Assembly (NCBI GenBank): GCA_964016885.1
Contig: OZ024743.1
Location: 343,976,001 to 344,040,000 of the forward strand
Length of the DNA stretch: 64,000 nucleotides
Reading direction: 5' to 3'
DNA from: Eledone cirrhosa
Taxonomy: Eukaryota
Numbering within the stretch: position 1 is the stretch's first letter; every line of letters starts with the position of its first letter. The notes beneath the pieces were generated by a model. That model saw only the letters and a list, made by a program, of their open reading frames with translations, searched no databases and was not told the DNA's origin. The position numbers and the translations under genes were made by a program. Of the stretch, positions 40,187 through 53,899 are shown piece after piece.

Positions 40187-40760
40187 TGTTTATAAACGCT
40201 AGCTGGGAGCTTTTATTTGAGGCTGTGAAGATCTCTTTGTTCACACACTGAATTTACCCGTCAACAGTTCGGCCAACCTGATCTACCTGTTTTGAGAAAA
40301 GCCACGTGATGACACAGGAGAATTTATTACTATAGTAAAATGCCTCAATGTCTGCAGACAGAACCACGTTGGATAATAGGAAAAAGAGCCTGCCGATGAA
40401 GGTAACTCCAGTTCCGTCGTGAAAATGCATATATGACTTGCATATACATCATGCAACTGGTGGTGCAGCTTTCTAAAGTCCCAGAACCCTATCGAAGATT
40501 TTTATCGATTTCTATCCATTCTTATCTACTCGAGATGGTTCAGGTTAGTCTTCGACCTATTTGTATTTATCGTTGTTGGGGTGTAAGTATGGTCATATGC
40601 ATTTGGTCACTTTTCTTGGTGTCACACTTTTTTAACTTTGTGTTCACTCTGAACGAAAATGTATTAACTTTTCACACCATTGAGTGTTTTGTGACTGCCT
40701 CAAACAATTCGATTGCTATCTGCTATACTGCGGCTACAACTTCGATTTATACCTATTGTA

Positions 40761-40820
<60 letters not shown>

Positions 40821-40910
40821 ATAATAATAAATTTGAAGACTAAAATCCAAAGAGGGCTCGATAACGATAAATATATATCAAATATATAAGAACCGTAGAG
40901 CAATTAATAA

Positions 40911-40959
<49 letters not shown>

Positions 40960-41065
40960 TATATGTACGTGAAAGGTAAACAGAAATAACAAAACAAACG
41001 GCACAGTACATATATATGTATCTATGCATATATGTACGTATATGTATATATATTATACATATAAT

Positions 41066-41100
<35 letters not shown>

Positions 41101-41135
41101 CATACATACACACACACATATATATATATATATAG

Positions 41136-41346
41136 AGGAATTAGTAGGACCCCGACGGCTGAGCTCAAGCCGTTTCGACGGCTAATTCTGGACGACGGCT
41201 AATTCTGCGTCCAGAATTAGCCGTCGAAACGGCTTGAGCTCAGCCGTCGGGGTCCTACTCGTTCCTATTACCCACTCTACTACCCTAAGTATTGAGTACT
41301 TTGGTGCGTTATGGTCCACCTGGTTCCTTACCACATTTCGTTCGTT
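41136..41346 (+). mobile_element. HHR-derived element with 5' inversion, in (TA)n
   Basis: Stem II GACGGCTAATTCTG/CAGAATTAGCCGTC, GAAA, stem III CGGCT/AGCCG, TC, GGGGTCC. The CUGANGA strand is lost at the inversion. Related fragment at 41366-41426. Confidence 0.7.
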
Positions 41347-41424
41347 ATATATATATATATATATACGGATCTAGCTGTCGAAACGGCCGAAGCTCAGCCG
41401 TCGGGGCGGGGTCCTGACTTTTTT

Positions 41425-41477
<53 letters not shown>

Positions 41478-41610
41478 GTATACACACACACATGCATGCA
41501 TAGATATATATTTATGTACATTTGTATACATTCACATACGTATATAAGAATATGTATGCATATATGCATACGTACTCGTACACTCTCCCAATATATATAT
41601 ACATGTATAT

Positions 41611-41727
<117 letters not shown>

Positions 41728-42037
41728 CATTATACAGCATCTGTATAGACCCACATGCACTCATGTTCGGACAACTGTCTGTGCAATTCAATGGAAGAAA
41801 GATAGAAAACTTGATAGTTATAGTGAAAATAATTTTTCATGGCGTAGATGGATAGACACTTGAAACATTTCGGTATAGATTTTTTTAATCTATTTCTGTC
41901 AAAATCCATATGTTTGATCACTTCCACATCCAAAACACTTCGAACAAATAAGAGATCGGAGTTTCGAAATTTTTTTCATGCATCCACCGACAAACTAAAA
42001 TATTTATCCACCTTACCAGAATCCCCACCAGTACCTT

Positions 42038-42081
<44 letters not shown>

Positions 42082-42371
42082 AAGGCGCTCTATAGTTAGA
42101 TTGCTATTGTGTTTGCATCTCATTTCTCATCTTCAGATCAGAAAACTGTCAGCCATATTGAAAGCTGTCAGCCATTTTGTGAGGCTGATTTAAACTAGAC
42201 TAGGCAAGTGTAGTTTCGTACATTCTATTATCTGATTTTTCATTCTTCATCAGCACCAGTAACAGCAGAAACACCACCAAAACCACCATTTCCCTCACCA
42301 CCAGTAGCAGCATCACGATCACTACCACTAACCGCACCCACAAAACAACAACAACTACAAAAATAACAAAG

Positions 42372-42890
42372 TAATGGTTTTCTAACAGAGATACAAGGCC
42401 AGCAATATTTTTGGTGGAGAGGGAAAATCTATTAAATCGGTCACACTTGATTCTGGCGTAATTTGGACACAGAACGTAAAGAACCGGATCAAATACAACA
42501 ACGCATTTTGTTCGAAGCTCTAACGATTCTGCCAATCAACTTTAAATAATAATAGTTTCTAATTTAGACACAAAACCAGCAGTTTGAAGAGAAGGGAAGT
42601 TAATTATATCAACTCCTGTAAGATTAAATGCAAAGTTGCCCTCAGCGGGATTTGTTCTCAGAACATAATGTACCAGAATAAATACTGCTAATCATTTATC
42701 TAACATTTATTTAACGGCTCTGCCTACCCACTGCCCTTTTAATAATGGTTTCTGATTTAAGCACAAGGCCATCAATTCAGACGAAAGGGAAAGTCGATTA
42801 AATCGATCCAGTGCGTTGCTGGCACTTTATTTGATCAACCCGAGAAGATGAAAGGCAACGTTGATCTCAGTTATACTTGAGCTTAGAAAC
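42372..42890 (-). mobile_element. Three adjacent degenerate SINE family A copies
   Basis: Three repeats of AATGGTTTCT..ACAAGGCCAGCA..TCGA..GAAC.TAAA. Confidence 0.65.
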
Positions 42891-43156
42891 TAAAAAATAT
42901 CATATTTAAAGCTGTTTGTCTATTGTCCTTGCGTTTGTATTATGTAACATTATCAATATTTATGTAGTGTGAGCTACATGGATGAAGATGGGGCATAGAA
43001 GTAGTAGTAGGAGGAGTAGAAGCAGCAATAGTAGTAATAGGACAAAAAGCATATTCTGGGAAGATAATAGCGATGTTAGGAGCGTGTGTAGGTATTTAAA
43101 TTGGGACGTGGGTGCAACACCAGCCTTCAACACCACATTTTGATCTCTCATCAACG

Positions 43157-43187
<31 letters not shown>

Positions 43188-43192
43188 TCCCC

Positions 43193-43225
<33 letters not shown>

Positions 43226-43227
43226 TA

Positions 43228-43372
<145 letters not shown>

Positions 43373-43379
43373 GTATATA

Positions 43380-43456
<77 letters not shown>

Positions 43457-43463
43457 GTATATA

Positions 43464-43534
<71 letters not shown>

Positions 43535-43715
43535 TACATTAACAGAGAAAGCCTTAAGCGATACTCTGACCAACTCCATCTCACTCAACAAACATTAGGA
43601 TATACCTAGGTATTCTCCCAATTTAGTGTTTGGGTGCTAACTAATCAGTATTCTGTAGATAACTGGTTGTATTATTTTATGAGACATAATTAAATAAATA
43701 GATATCTCTTTATAC

Positions 43716-43827
<112 letters not shown>

Positions 43828-44257
43828 GGATACTATTTATGGTTATGTATATATTAAAACTTTTTATAATTATATATATTTTAAACCCTAAACAGTGAAG
43901 GTCAGTAATTTATTACTACCTTATTACCAGTAAGATAAATAGCTCAATGTAATAACATCAGTTGTTCTACAGAGCAGTTATATATATATATAAGTATATA
44001 CAAAGTACTTATATGTATACACACACTTACACACTCACAGACACTCACACATGTACAATATAGTAGAAGGAAAAACCCTCAAAACATCAGATTCCGTTTT
44101 TATTTTCATACAAACTTATCCAAATTCATAAACCTCGGAGTGTAACTTCTACAGATATAATAGAACACGACTAATTTCCTGGGTTATTGTTCTTTTATCT
44201 ATATATAACGAATATATATCTAACTTAAAAAAAATATCCAGTAATCTATATGCTGAG

Positions 44258-44682
44258 GGCACTACTCTCTTCTTTACTATCTCTCAGTTATCTGTTTCAT
44301 TTCGCTTAGAAAAGCATCAATAGATTATAAGCTATAGGCTCTATCTTTCTCTTTACTACCGTTTAGTTCTTTATTTCTTTTCATTTAGGAAGATTTCAAT
44401 AGGCTATAAGCACTACCTTCTTTACTATCTTTCAGTTATACCTTTATTTTGGCTTAGAAAGTCTTGAATTTTCTATAGGCACAGTACATTTTCTTTACTA
44501 TTATCTAGTTACCCATATCGTCTCACTTAAGGCTATAAGCACTACCCCCTTCTTTACTACCCTCAGATATATGTTTCCCCTCGCTAAAAAAGGCCTCAAT
44601 AGCCTCTTCTTTACTATCATTTAGTCATCCGTTTCGTCTCGTTTAAGCAGGCCTCAATAGGCTATAGGCATTGCCTCTCCTC
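44258..44682. repeat. Degenerate ~60-70-bp minisatellite (6-7 units)
   Basis: Recurrent GCACTAC..TTCTTTACTATC..AGTTA..TTTC..CTTAG..CAATAGGCTATAAG. Confidence 0.7.
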
Positions 44683-47493
44683 CTCTTCATACTAATGATG
44701 CAAAAAATAAATATAAACAGTAACACTGACAACAACAGCAACTCTCATCTGTCTCACGTACATCTTGTTATAATCGATACACTTTGAATCAATTATCTCC
44801 TCTTACTTTCGACATGATAATATTAATTTAAAACTGCACCATTTATTTTCTTGCTGTTGTTGCTGCTGCACTTAATCTAGTTGCAATTAATTCTCCAATG
44901 CTCTGTTGTCTTGTAATAAACTTACACAGCAGCAGCTTCGTTGCCAATGCTTTGCTGTCTTGAAAACTGTTGTATTAGTGCCAGCTTTCACCATAAATAG
45001 AGATAAAAACCAATGAAAGATAAAGACAAACTAAGATCTAATCCAATTATATACAAGCAAGTACTATTGGTGAGGTTTTTATTTTCTCGATTCATTTGGT
45101 AAAATGCTGATTCCGCGCAGACCAGAAAACCTATTACGAGAAAATAATAAAAAATAAAAAACGGCTAAAGAAAAAAAAAGTAAAGAAAAGAAAAAGAGAA
45201 AACAAAGAAATTAAAAGAAAAAAAGTAAAGAAAAAAGTGAAAAAATATACAAAATTTAGAAATGAGCAAAAAAATTTAATTTAATCAGGAAATTGATTAG
45301 AATTCAATCAAGGTTGATCAATTATATTCTGTTCTCTTTAAATGGTTTGCTACAGTAAGTCCAGTATGTGTCTGTGTTTAAATATGCCTATCTATTCCTT
45401 AAAAGGTAACTTGTTAGTAAATTACGTGTGTAATGCACCAATGAATGTCATTTAAAGATCTGATTGTCTTGTTTAACAGATCATTCGCAATCTGCTGTAT
45501 ACACTTGAATGAACACAATTTTTCTAATTAACCTGATAATATATAATTCTTCTACCTTCAGTTTTTTTATTGTATATTTGTCAGTTTTCTTTGCTGTTAC
45601 TTTTTATTGTTGTTGTTGCTGTTTTTCTTGTTGTTATTGCATCTCATTTTGTTTTTGTTGCTCTGGTTGTTTTCTTGTTCTTTTTGTTTATTTTTTGTCT
45701 CTTAATGCCTGAGGGTCTAAATACAAAGCAAAATCTACCAAGTATTTTACGGAGCTTTCAACATCCATTTACAAATCTTCTTGTTTTTTCTCTCTATCAT
45801 TGTTTAAATTTAAACCAAATAATTACATCATTATCTTAAAAGGAATAAAGAAATAATTGTGTATAAGTGAAAACACATACACACAAAGTCAAATATATAT
45901 ATATATATATGTATATATATGAAGAGATAAAGAATAGACGAATGATCTATGTATATAAAAAGACAATGAAAGGAATATCTGATCAACATAGCTTTGATGT
46001 CATCACCACCTGCTGTTATTTGTTCGGGATACATCTATAGATTTATAATTTAATAAGTGAATGTTTCTGGAATAAACGATTGCTAATCTAGTGATATCGG
46101 TAAATTTTCCAGGGTTTCATAAAGCTAGTTCTCAGCTCCAGATTCAGTAAGGCTAGGTAAACCAAAAATATATTTTCTCACTCTTTTGTGGACACAACTA
46201 GACGAAATATTTAATATGTTTGCTCCTCAAATTTAAGGTTTTGAGTTAGATCCCACAGCGCGGCATCTTGAGCAATTGCCATTTATCATAGCCTCAGGTC
46301 GACCCAAGCTTTGTTGGGTAGATCGAATCTGGCAGCCTGTCGGGTAGACAGTACTGATAATTCAAATGGCCAACCATGTCACACACTGTGTCACCCCGAA
46401 TCTCCCCAAGAATTACGTTATGGGCACACGTTTTGGTGGAATGCTCAGCCATTTGCACGTTAATTTAATCAGCAGATTCTTCTGTTGATCAAGCAACTGA
46501 AACACTCTGCGTCGTAACCGACGGAAATGCGTTCCATTTTTCCACCTCACAAGTTCATGTGTTTATTGTAATATCAGAACCTCGTTTCCATACTTAGCTC
46601 CTCAAATCATTTTTATTATTTGTCTTCTTTGATTACATTTATTCTCTATAACGAAGCAGTAGATGTGAGGTGGCTGTAGGGATAATATATTAAACTATAT
46701 ATTCAAAAGTCTTCAGTTCCAATCTATTGTAAGCACACTCTATTATAGATTATCTCAGTTTATCTAACTGTCGGGAATTAGTATATTATCAATTTAGGAA
46801 TGTTTAATCTCTGACCACAGTCCACCAATAAATTCACCCAATTGTCAGGGACAAGTACCCAGCCAATCAGTTTTAAACCTGAGACCATCAGTCAGTTCAG
46901 AGCACAGCGGCTCAGAGTAGGTATCAGATAAATCTGAGATTCCCCTATCCCAGACAAAAGTTCACTAATTAATTCATGTAACTGTCAGATAGGGAATCCG
47001 TCAATAAGTTTCAAACCTCAGTCTAACAGTCATTTCCCCAGGCAGTCTACTAGCTAGTTCATCAATCAGTTCATTTAGCTGTCATTAATATATATCTAAT
47101 CAATCTGGGAAAGTTTAGTTTCATTATACAGTTCATCAATTAGTTCATCTAATCGGCAGGAGTAGATACTTTATCAATCCCACTCTGGAAACGTTGAGGC
47201 AGATTACAATCCAGAAGTTAGATTAACCCCCCTTTTTTTACAGTAACCCACCTGAAATCACCCTGGCTTTATAATACAAATCTGCCAATTCTAAAGTATT
47301 CATACAATCTGTCATAATTTTATTTCGAATAATAATATTTCAAATATCAATTTATAATTGAAAAAGTTAGTTATTTCATTGAACGCACTCAAATTATTGA
47401 TTACTTTCGAAATTAAAACACATAGGCAATGTGTTTCACTACAAGTAACAAAAGGTCAAACTACAGTCCACACATTTCATAAATATATATATC

Positions 47494-47706
47494 GACAGTC
47501 GATCGACTTTTTGGCAAATCGGACCGAGGAAACTATGTTTCCATTGGTCTTTCTAATTGCTAATACTCTCTATCGGTCGCAACTCCAGGTAGAAGGAGCA
47601 ACGTGAAATAAAGTGTCTTGCCCAAAGACACAACGCCTGGTCCGGGAATCGAACTCACAACCTCACGATTACGAATCCAATTCTCTAACCACTCAGACAC
47701 GCGCCT
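47494..47706 (-). mobile_element. SINE family B
   Basis: Near-identical to 18135-18346. Confidence 0.85.
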
Positions 47707-47730
47707 TCATATATATATATATGTTTTTTG

Positions 47731-47980
<250 letters not shown>

Positions 47981-48643
47981 TATATATACAAAAGACATGA
48001 GAAGAAAGAAGAATACTGCGTGGTTTACACATGGGTTACATATGATAAAAATAGTCCTTCGTCAGTGATTTTTCAACCATCATTGCTATTTCATCGCATT
48101 AAAAATCAGATACCTCAGGTTGGTGCGAGCAATAATCTAAAAAAAGTTATTGGGACCAGTAATCGCGTAAAGCGCGGGGGACAAGTGAACAACATAGAAG
48201 GATTAAAACAAACCAAAGAAAGGAAATAAACAAGCAACATGGTAGTCCTGGTCAGCATAATCTGGGTGGATTTCATGAGCGAAAAGTACAGACGTCCGAC
48301 GTGAGTGAGATGTAAGCAAGAAGTGGCCCACTGTTAGCCAAACGGGAGGAAGTGAGAAGGGGAGAAACAGAGAGTGAGTGAGTGGAAGTGCAAGGAAGCG
48401 GTCAGTCGAGAGTAAGTGTAACTGATAGAGGGGCGATGGAAGGTGAGAGAAACAGAGAGAGCGGGGAAGCAGTAAGAGAGAAACAGACAAACGCATATAT
48501 ATATATACCCATATATATATATATATATACGTTTGAATATGTGTAATAAGGCCAAGACAGTGCAGGTATGGGCATAGAAAAAAGAATGCAATAGTGAAAG
48601 ATATTGATGTGAATTCGTCTTTCACCTTGAATTTATTTAAATG

Positions 48644-48682
48644 TCCTTAATTTTCGAGATAATATCTCTTCTTCGGAGGGAA
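48644..48682 (-). ncRNA. Minimal hammerhead motif in the inverted PLE arm
   Basis: TTCCCT-CCGAAGA-A-GAGAT(att)ATCTC-GAAA-AT-TA-AGGA. Confidence 0.6.
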
Positions 48683-50231
48683 GTAAAGGTCTCAAACCAG
48701 CGTCTTTAAATCTCTAGTCAAGCCATGCTGACCGGAAATAGTATAGAGTATCTGTTCTAACTCTAATATCAAAGAATTAAAATTAGGTGGATAAAGAGTA
48801 GTCTCCCTTGATTTGGGTTTTTTTTGTTTTTTTTTTAAATTTTATATACGTGCCTGTATATGTGTGTGGGAGAATGCATGAAGGTGTAGGTATGTGGGTG
48901 TGGGAGTGTGGGAAGATAGGTCTAATCGTAAAAGTGGGGGGTAGGTGTTATCTGGTGTTAGAACTGGTTTTGTGTGTGTATGTGTGAGAGAGAATAAGTG
49001 GAGGTGTAAGCGTGTGTGTGTGCGCGTGCGTGTGTGTGGGGTGTGTGAAAATGGGGCTAGAGGCCCTATCAGGTTAAAAATTGTCGTTGATGGGGCAGTT
49101 GGCTAGTCTGCAGCAGTTGTCATGTCTGGTGGAGTGTCTCATGGCCAGCCGTCCGCGCAGAGAGGGACCCGAGTGGGCCAGTTGGATATCCAGAACAAAT
49201 GTATCAAGAACAAATGCACCGACGCCAGAGACCGAGACACACACACCACACATTTCCTGGAAGTACTCAAACTGAACGGATACACGACATCCACCACAAA
49301 CCGTGCCAGAAAGAACAGAGGACACCACACCCGAGGCACTAACACTTGCTTCCTGAAGCTCCCACACTTCAGTGAAGAAACAACAACAGCCATCCGCAGA
49401 GCCATCAGACGAGAGGGACTGGATATCCAACTGGCCCACTCGGGTCCCTCTCTGCGCGGACGGCTGGCCATGAGACACTCCACCAGACATGACAACTGCT
49501 GCAGACTAGCCAACTGCCCCATCAACGACACAGACCTATGCCACCAGGCTTACGTAGTATACAGACTAGAGTGTGACAAATGCAACAACTTCTACGTAGG
49601 TAGCACCACCAGACCACTCCACATAAGAATAAAAGAACACCTCAATACTAACGCTTCCTCATTTAAGAAACACCTAGTTAAATGCAAAATCACCGATAAA
49701 AACATAACAGTTAGGATAGAAACTAAGGAAAGAAACCTCGGCAATCTTAGAATTAAGGAAGCACTTATTATAGATAGAACACATCCACCAATCAATAATA
49801 GACTAGAGCTCAACACCCAATTTTTAACCTGATAGGGCCTCTAGCCCCATTTTCACACACCCCACACACACGCACGCGCACACACACACGCTTACACCTC
49901 CACTTATTCTCTCTCACACATACACACACAAAACCAGTTCTAACACCAGATAACACCTACCCCCCACTTTTACGATTAGACCTATCTTCCCACACTCACA
50001 CACCCACATACCTACACCTTCATGCATTCTCCCACACACATATACAGGCACGTATATAAAAAAAAAACAAAAAACAAAAAAAAACCCAAATCAAACCCCT
50101 CTTAAAGGGAGACTACTCTTTATCCACCTAATTTTAATTCTTTGATATTAGAGTTAGAACAGATACTCTATACTATTTCCGGTCAGCATGGCTTGACTAG
50201 AGATTTAAAGACGCTGGTTTGAGACCTTTAC

Positions 50232-50270
50232 TTCCCTCCGAAGAAAAGATATTATCTCGAAAATTAAGGA
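50232..50270 (+). ncRNA. Minimal hammerhead motif in the PLE pLTR
   Basis: TTCCCT-CCGAAGA-aaAGAT(att)ATCTc-GAAA-AT-TA-AGGA. AATT palindrome at stem III; lies between the 3' UTR and the next ORF start, as expected for PLE HHRs. Confidence 0.55.
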
Positions 50271-50402
50271 CATTTAAATAAATTCAAGGTGAAAGACGAA
50301 TTCACATCAATATCTTTCACTATTGCATTCTTTTTTCTATGCCCATACCTGCATTGTCTTGGCCTTATTACACATATTCAAACGTTTATACCTCATTACA
50401 CA

Positions 50403-52982
50403 ATGCTTCAAGTGAACTATAACCTCCTCCTTTCATTACGCCTGAGCCAGGCCCAGTTCACAACTGTAAAGAAACTCTTCCAGCTATCTGAAAAGCGTGC
50501 CAAAGCCGGCTGCCAAATTAACTTCCTAAAACGATGCCTGAATAACATCATCCCCAAAACCATCAAAAATTTACACCTACCAACATGCTTCAAATCACCA
50601 GGCCTCAAACGATCACTCAGTTACATACAAAAATTCTGCCTAAGAAAACTCATACAACACCTACACCGCACGCTACAACATCACATACGGACTATCTCCA
50701 GCCTTGTACCACAACTCGCTGAAACCTCAGAACCTCTGTTCAGGGTCATCTCCGCCACTATAGACAGGTCATACCACCACCGCCGAGACTACGAGAAAAT
50801 ACGCCTAACGCAAAAATTTCTCAAACTCAGGACGGCCAACTGTCTTAACAACATCCCAACGCTAAACACCAACAGAGGCGAACAATACGTTACCAACACC
50901 GAACCTAGCGGCACCCCGACCAACAACACACCTGACGCTAAACACCTCGTCACAGACTTGACAGGATCCCTCTCCCGAGAGGAATTATACCTCCTCCGCC
51001 TGGGTCCCAAGTTCATATTGAAACAGAGACTGGACGACAGACTATGGCTCGACATAGAAACGAATTTCTGTCGGACTGCCTACCAACTGAAATGGATATC
51101 GACTCTCGACAACAACACCACGGAATCCACCACACCCAGATTCCCGATATACCAACTAGATCGCCCACTCTATCCACCGCCCGCCAACCGCGAGCTGGAA
51201 GAAAAACTCTCGAGACTAAAACATTCCGTATTTAACATCTTACGGAAACAGAAGAAGATGGCCCCTAACCTCTACAGGACACAACAACTCGTCCTGACGA
51301 ACCTACGGAATAAGGAACTTATTTACTTACCATCCGACAAAGGTAAAGAGTTCTGCGTCATCTCTCAAGCCACATACAATAACCTAGCCTTCGAACACCT
51401 AAGCGACAGTGAACTGTACACAGTGATCCCGGACATGACCGCAGCCCAAATCGAAAAACAGACCAACTCCATTTGGTTCGATATCTGTAGGAGAAGACAA
51501 CTCCCGAATAAAATTAAACTCAACTACACCACTAGAAATAGCAGACTGCCCACTTTCTACCACCTCATCAAGACCCACAAGAATAGCACTAAGACGCATA
51601 TAAGACCCATCGTCTCTAGCATAGAAGGACCCCTATACAAAATTTCCTGGCTTCTCTCCCAGGTCCTCAAGCCTCTACTCTCCACCTTCCCCGGACATGT
51701 CAGTAGCTCCGACGAAGTTATACGTAGATTACACCAACTCCAGCCAGAACAACTTAAACTAAATAAATACGCTTTTAGCCTCGACGTTGTCTCCCTCTAC
51801 ATTACAGTCCCCGCTCACCCAGCTGTCGATTTATTGATAGACTGCGTGGTCGCAGAGAACATCCACTGCTACGGCCTCCACCCGACGGACATACACCAGC
51901 TTTTGTCCTTCACAGTAGACAACACGTACTTCACCTTCCACCACCACACATACAGACAGACAACAGGATTACCCATGGGATCCAGCCTCTCGGGCCTGCT
52001 GGCCATCACCTACATGAACCAGCTAGAATGCCGAGCCCTCAACACCTGCCATTCCCATGCCTTCTTCACCCGATATGTAGATGACATACTCATCCTTACA
52101 TCATCCCGTGAGGAGGCAGAGAAAATATACACAACATTCTCCAGCATGGACGCCAGTATAAAGTTCAGCATGGAACACCCCGATGACCGCGGTTCTCTAT
52201 CCCTACTGGACTTCCAACTCAGGGTAACAGAGGAAGGCAACATCCACACCTGCTTCTATAAAAAATCCGCCAGCAGGGACCTGTTCGTACATTTCAGATC
52301 GGCCCTCCCACTCGGTGCCAAGTTCGGATACATAAAGAACGAACTGGCACGTATCAAGAACAAATGCACCGACGCCAGAGACCGAGACACACACACCACA
52401 CATTTCCTGGAAGTACTCAAACTGAACGGATACACGACATCCACCACAAACCGTGCCAGAAAGAACAGAGGACACCACACCCGAGGCACTAACACTTGCT
52501 TCCTGAAGCTCCCACACTTCAGTGAAGAAACAACAACAGCCATCCGCAGAGCCATCAGACGAGAGGGACTGGATATCCAACTGGCCCACTCGGGTCCCTC
52601 TCTGCGCGGACGGCTGGCCATGAGACACTCCACCAGACATGACAACTGCTGCAGACTAGCCAACTGCCCCATCAACGACACAGACCTATGCCACCAGGCT
52701 TACGTAGTATACAGACTAGAGTGTGACAAATGCAACAACTTCTACGTAGGTAGCACCACCAGACCACTCCACATAAGAATAAAAGAACACCTCAATACTA
52801 ACGCTTCCTCATTTAAGAAACACCTAGTTAAATGCAAAATCACCGATAAAAACATAACAGTTAGGATAGAAACTAAGGAAAGAAACCTCGGCAATCTTAG
52901 AATTAAGGAAGCACTTATTATAGATAGAACACATCCACCAATCAATAATAGACTAGAGCTCAACACCCAATTTTTAACCTGA
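50403..52982 (+). CDS. Penelope-like reverse transcriptase with C-terminal GIY-YIG endonuclease (859 aa from the first ATG)
   Basis: N-terminal FLKRCL..IIPK; SDKG; KTHK..IRPIVS; SLDVVSLY; GLPMGSSLS; RYVDD; LLDF; Cys-rich linker; VVYRLECDKC..FYVGSTTRPLHIRIKEH; IKEALII...P.IN. Confidence 0.96.
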   Translation: MLQVNYNLLLSLRLSQAQFTTVKKLFQLSEKRAKAGCQINFLKRCLNNIIPKTIKNLHLPTCFKSPGLKRSLSYIQKFCLRKLIQHLHRTLQHHIRTISSLVPQLAETSEPLFRVISATIDRSYHHRRDYEKIRLTQKFLKLRTANCLNNIPTLNTNRGEQYVTNTEPSGTPTNNTPDAKHLVTDLTGSLSREELYLLRLGPKFILKQRLDDRLWLDIETNFCRTAYQLKWISTLDNNTTESTTPRFPIYQLDRPLYPPPANRELEEKLSRLKHSVFNILRKQKKMAPNLYRTQQLVLTNLRNKELIYLPSDKGKEFCVISQATYNNLAFEHLSDSELYTVIPDMTAAQIEKQTNSIWFDICRRRQLPNKIKLNYTTRNSRLPTFYHLIKTHKNSTKTHIRPIVSSIEGPLYKISWLLSQVLKPLLSTFPGHVSSSDEVIRRLHQLQPEQLKLNKYAFSLDVVSLYITVPAHPAVDLLIDCVVAENIHCYGLHPTDIHQLLSFTVDNTYFTFHHHTYRQTTGLPMGSSLSGLLAITYMNQLECRALNTCHSHAFFTRYVDDILILTSSREEAEKIYTTFSSMDASIKFSMEHPDDRGSLSLLDFQLRVTEEGNIHTCFYKKSASRDLFVHFRSALPLGAKFGYIKNELARIKNKCTDARDRDTHTTHFLEVLKLNGYTTSTTNRARKNRGHHTRGTNTCFLKLPHFSEETTTAIRRAIRREGLDIQLAHSGPSLRGRLAMRHSTRHDNCCRLANCPINDTDLCHQAYVVYRLECDKCNNFYVGSTTRPLHIRIKEHLNTNASSFKKHLVKCKITDKNITVRIETKERNLGNLRIKEALIIDRTHPPINNRLELNTQFLT

Positions 52983-53364
52983 TAGGGGCTCTAGCCCCAT
53001 TTTCACACACCCCACACACACGCTTACACCTCCACTTATTCTCTCTCACACATACACACACAAAACCAGTTCTAACACCAGATAACACCTACCCCCCCAC
53101 TTTTACGATTAGACCTATCTTCCCACACTCACACACACACATACCTACACCTTCATGCATTCTCCCACACACATATACAGGCACGTATATAAACAAAAAA
53201 AAAAAAAAAAAAAAAAACCCAAATCAAACCCCTCTTAAAGGGAGACTACTCTTTATCCACCTAATTTTAATTCTTTGATATTAGAGTTAGAACAGATACT
53301 CTATACTATTTCCGGTCAGCATGGCTTGACTAGAGATTTAAAGACGCTGGTTTGAGACCTTTAC

Positions 53365-53403
53365 TTCCCTCCGAAGAAAAGATATTATCTCGAAAATTAA
53401 GGA
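53365..53403 (+). ncRNA. Minimal hammerhead motif in the 3' PLE pLTR
   Basis: Identical to 50232-50270. Confidence 0.55.
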
Positions 53404-53807
53404 CATTTAAATAAATTCAAGGTGAAAGACGAATTCACATCAATATCTTTCACTATTGCATTCTTTTTTCTATGCCCATACCTGCATTGTCTTGGCCTTA
53501 TTACACATATTCAAACGTTTATACCTCATTACACAATGCTTCAAGTGAACTATAACCTCCTCCTATATATATATATATATAAACGCACAGATACATGCGG
53601 ACACATACATACACATGAATATATCCACATATATCCCTGAGTTAGTGGTACCAACCTCAACCGATGTTGCTCTATGAATAACTGGGACAAACCAATCCGA
53701 ATGGATTAGACTGATTCAGTATCAGAGCCATATAGTACATTATGAATAGAGAAGAAACATTAGATATAATTAGTAATAAGATATATCATACCTAAACTGT
53801 TCTATAG

Positions 53808-53899
53808 TCCCCGACTACGTAGTTTCGTGGCATATTATGCAAAACAGTACATCATAGAGATATAGAGTTTTTGTGAGGTCTGCCGACTAATCAAGGGGA
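53808..53899 (-). ncRNA. Degenerate type I hammerhead ribozyme
   Basis: TCCCC-TTGATTA-[GTcGGCA...TGCCAC]-GAAA-CTACGTAG-TC-GGGGA. Stems I and III perfect; 5' core decayed. Confidence 0.55.

Larger units (their letters stand above)
48529..53563 (+). mobile_element. Penelope-like retroelement: inverted 3' segment (48529-49193), 5'-truncated tandem copy/pLTR (49201-50430) and a full unit ending at 53563
   Basis: 49201-50430 is repeated at 52351-53563 (period about 3150); inverted arm; (TA)n at both ends; intact RT-GIY-YIG ORF. Confidence 0.96.

Noticed and set aside
48010-48075. Minus-strand CTGACGA motif in a TA-bounded insert
   Set aside because: No proper GAAA box or stems; may be a very old PLE end but cannot be supported.
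50289-50402. GTG-initiated N-terminal extension of the PLE ORF (also the 72-aa ORF at 53422 and 140-aa ORF at 48203)
   Set aside because: Lies in the pLTR downstream of the HHR; the first ATG at 50403 precedes the conserved PLE N-terminal motif; the other ORFs are repeat copies.
52980-53360. TGA-TAG end of the PLE ORF as a selenocysteine codon with a SECIS
   Set aside because: No internal UGA, and the nearby hairpin does not form a proper SECIS quartet and helix; most likely a double stop.
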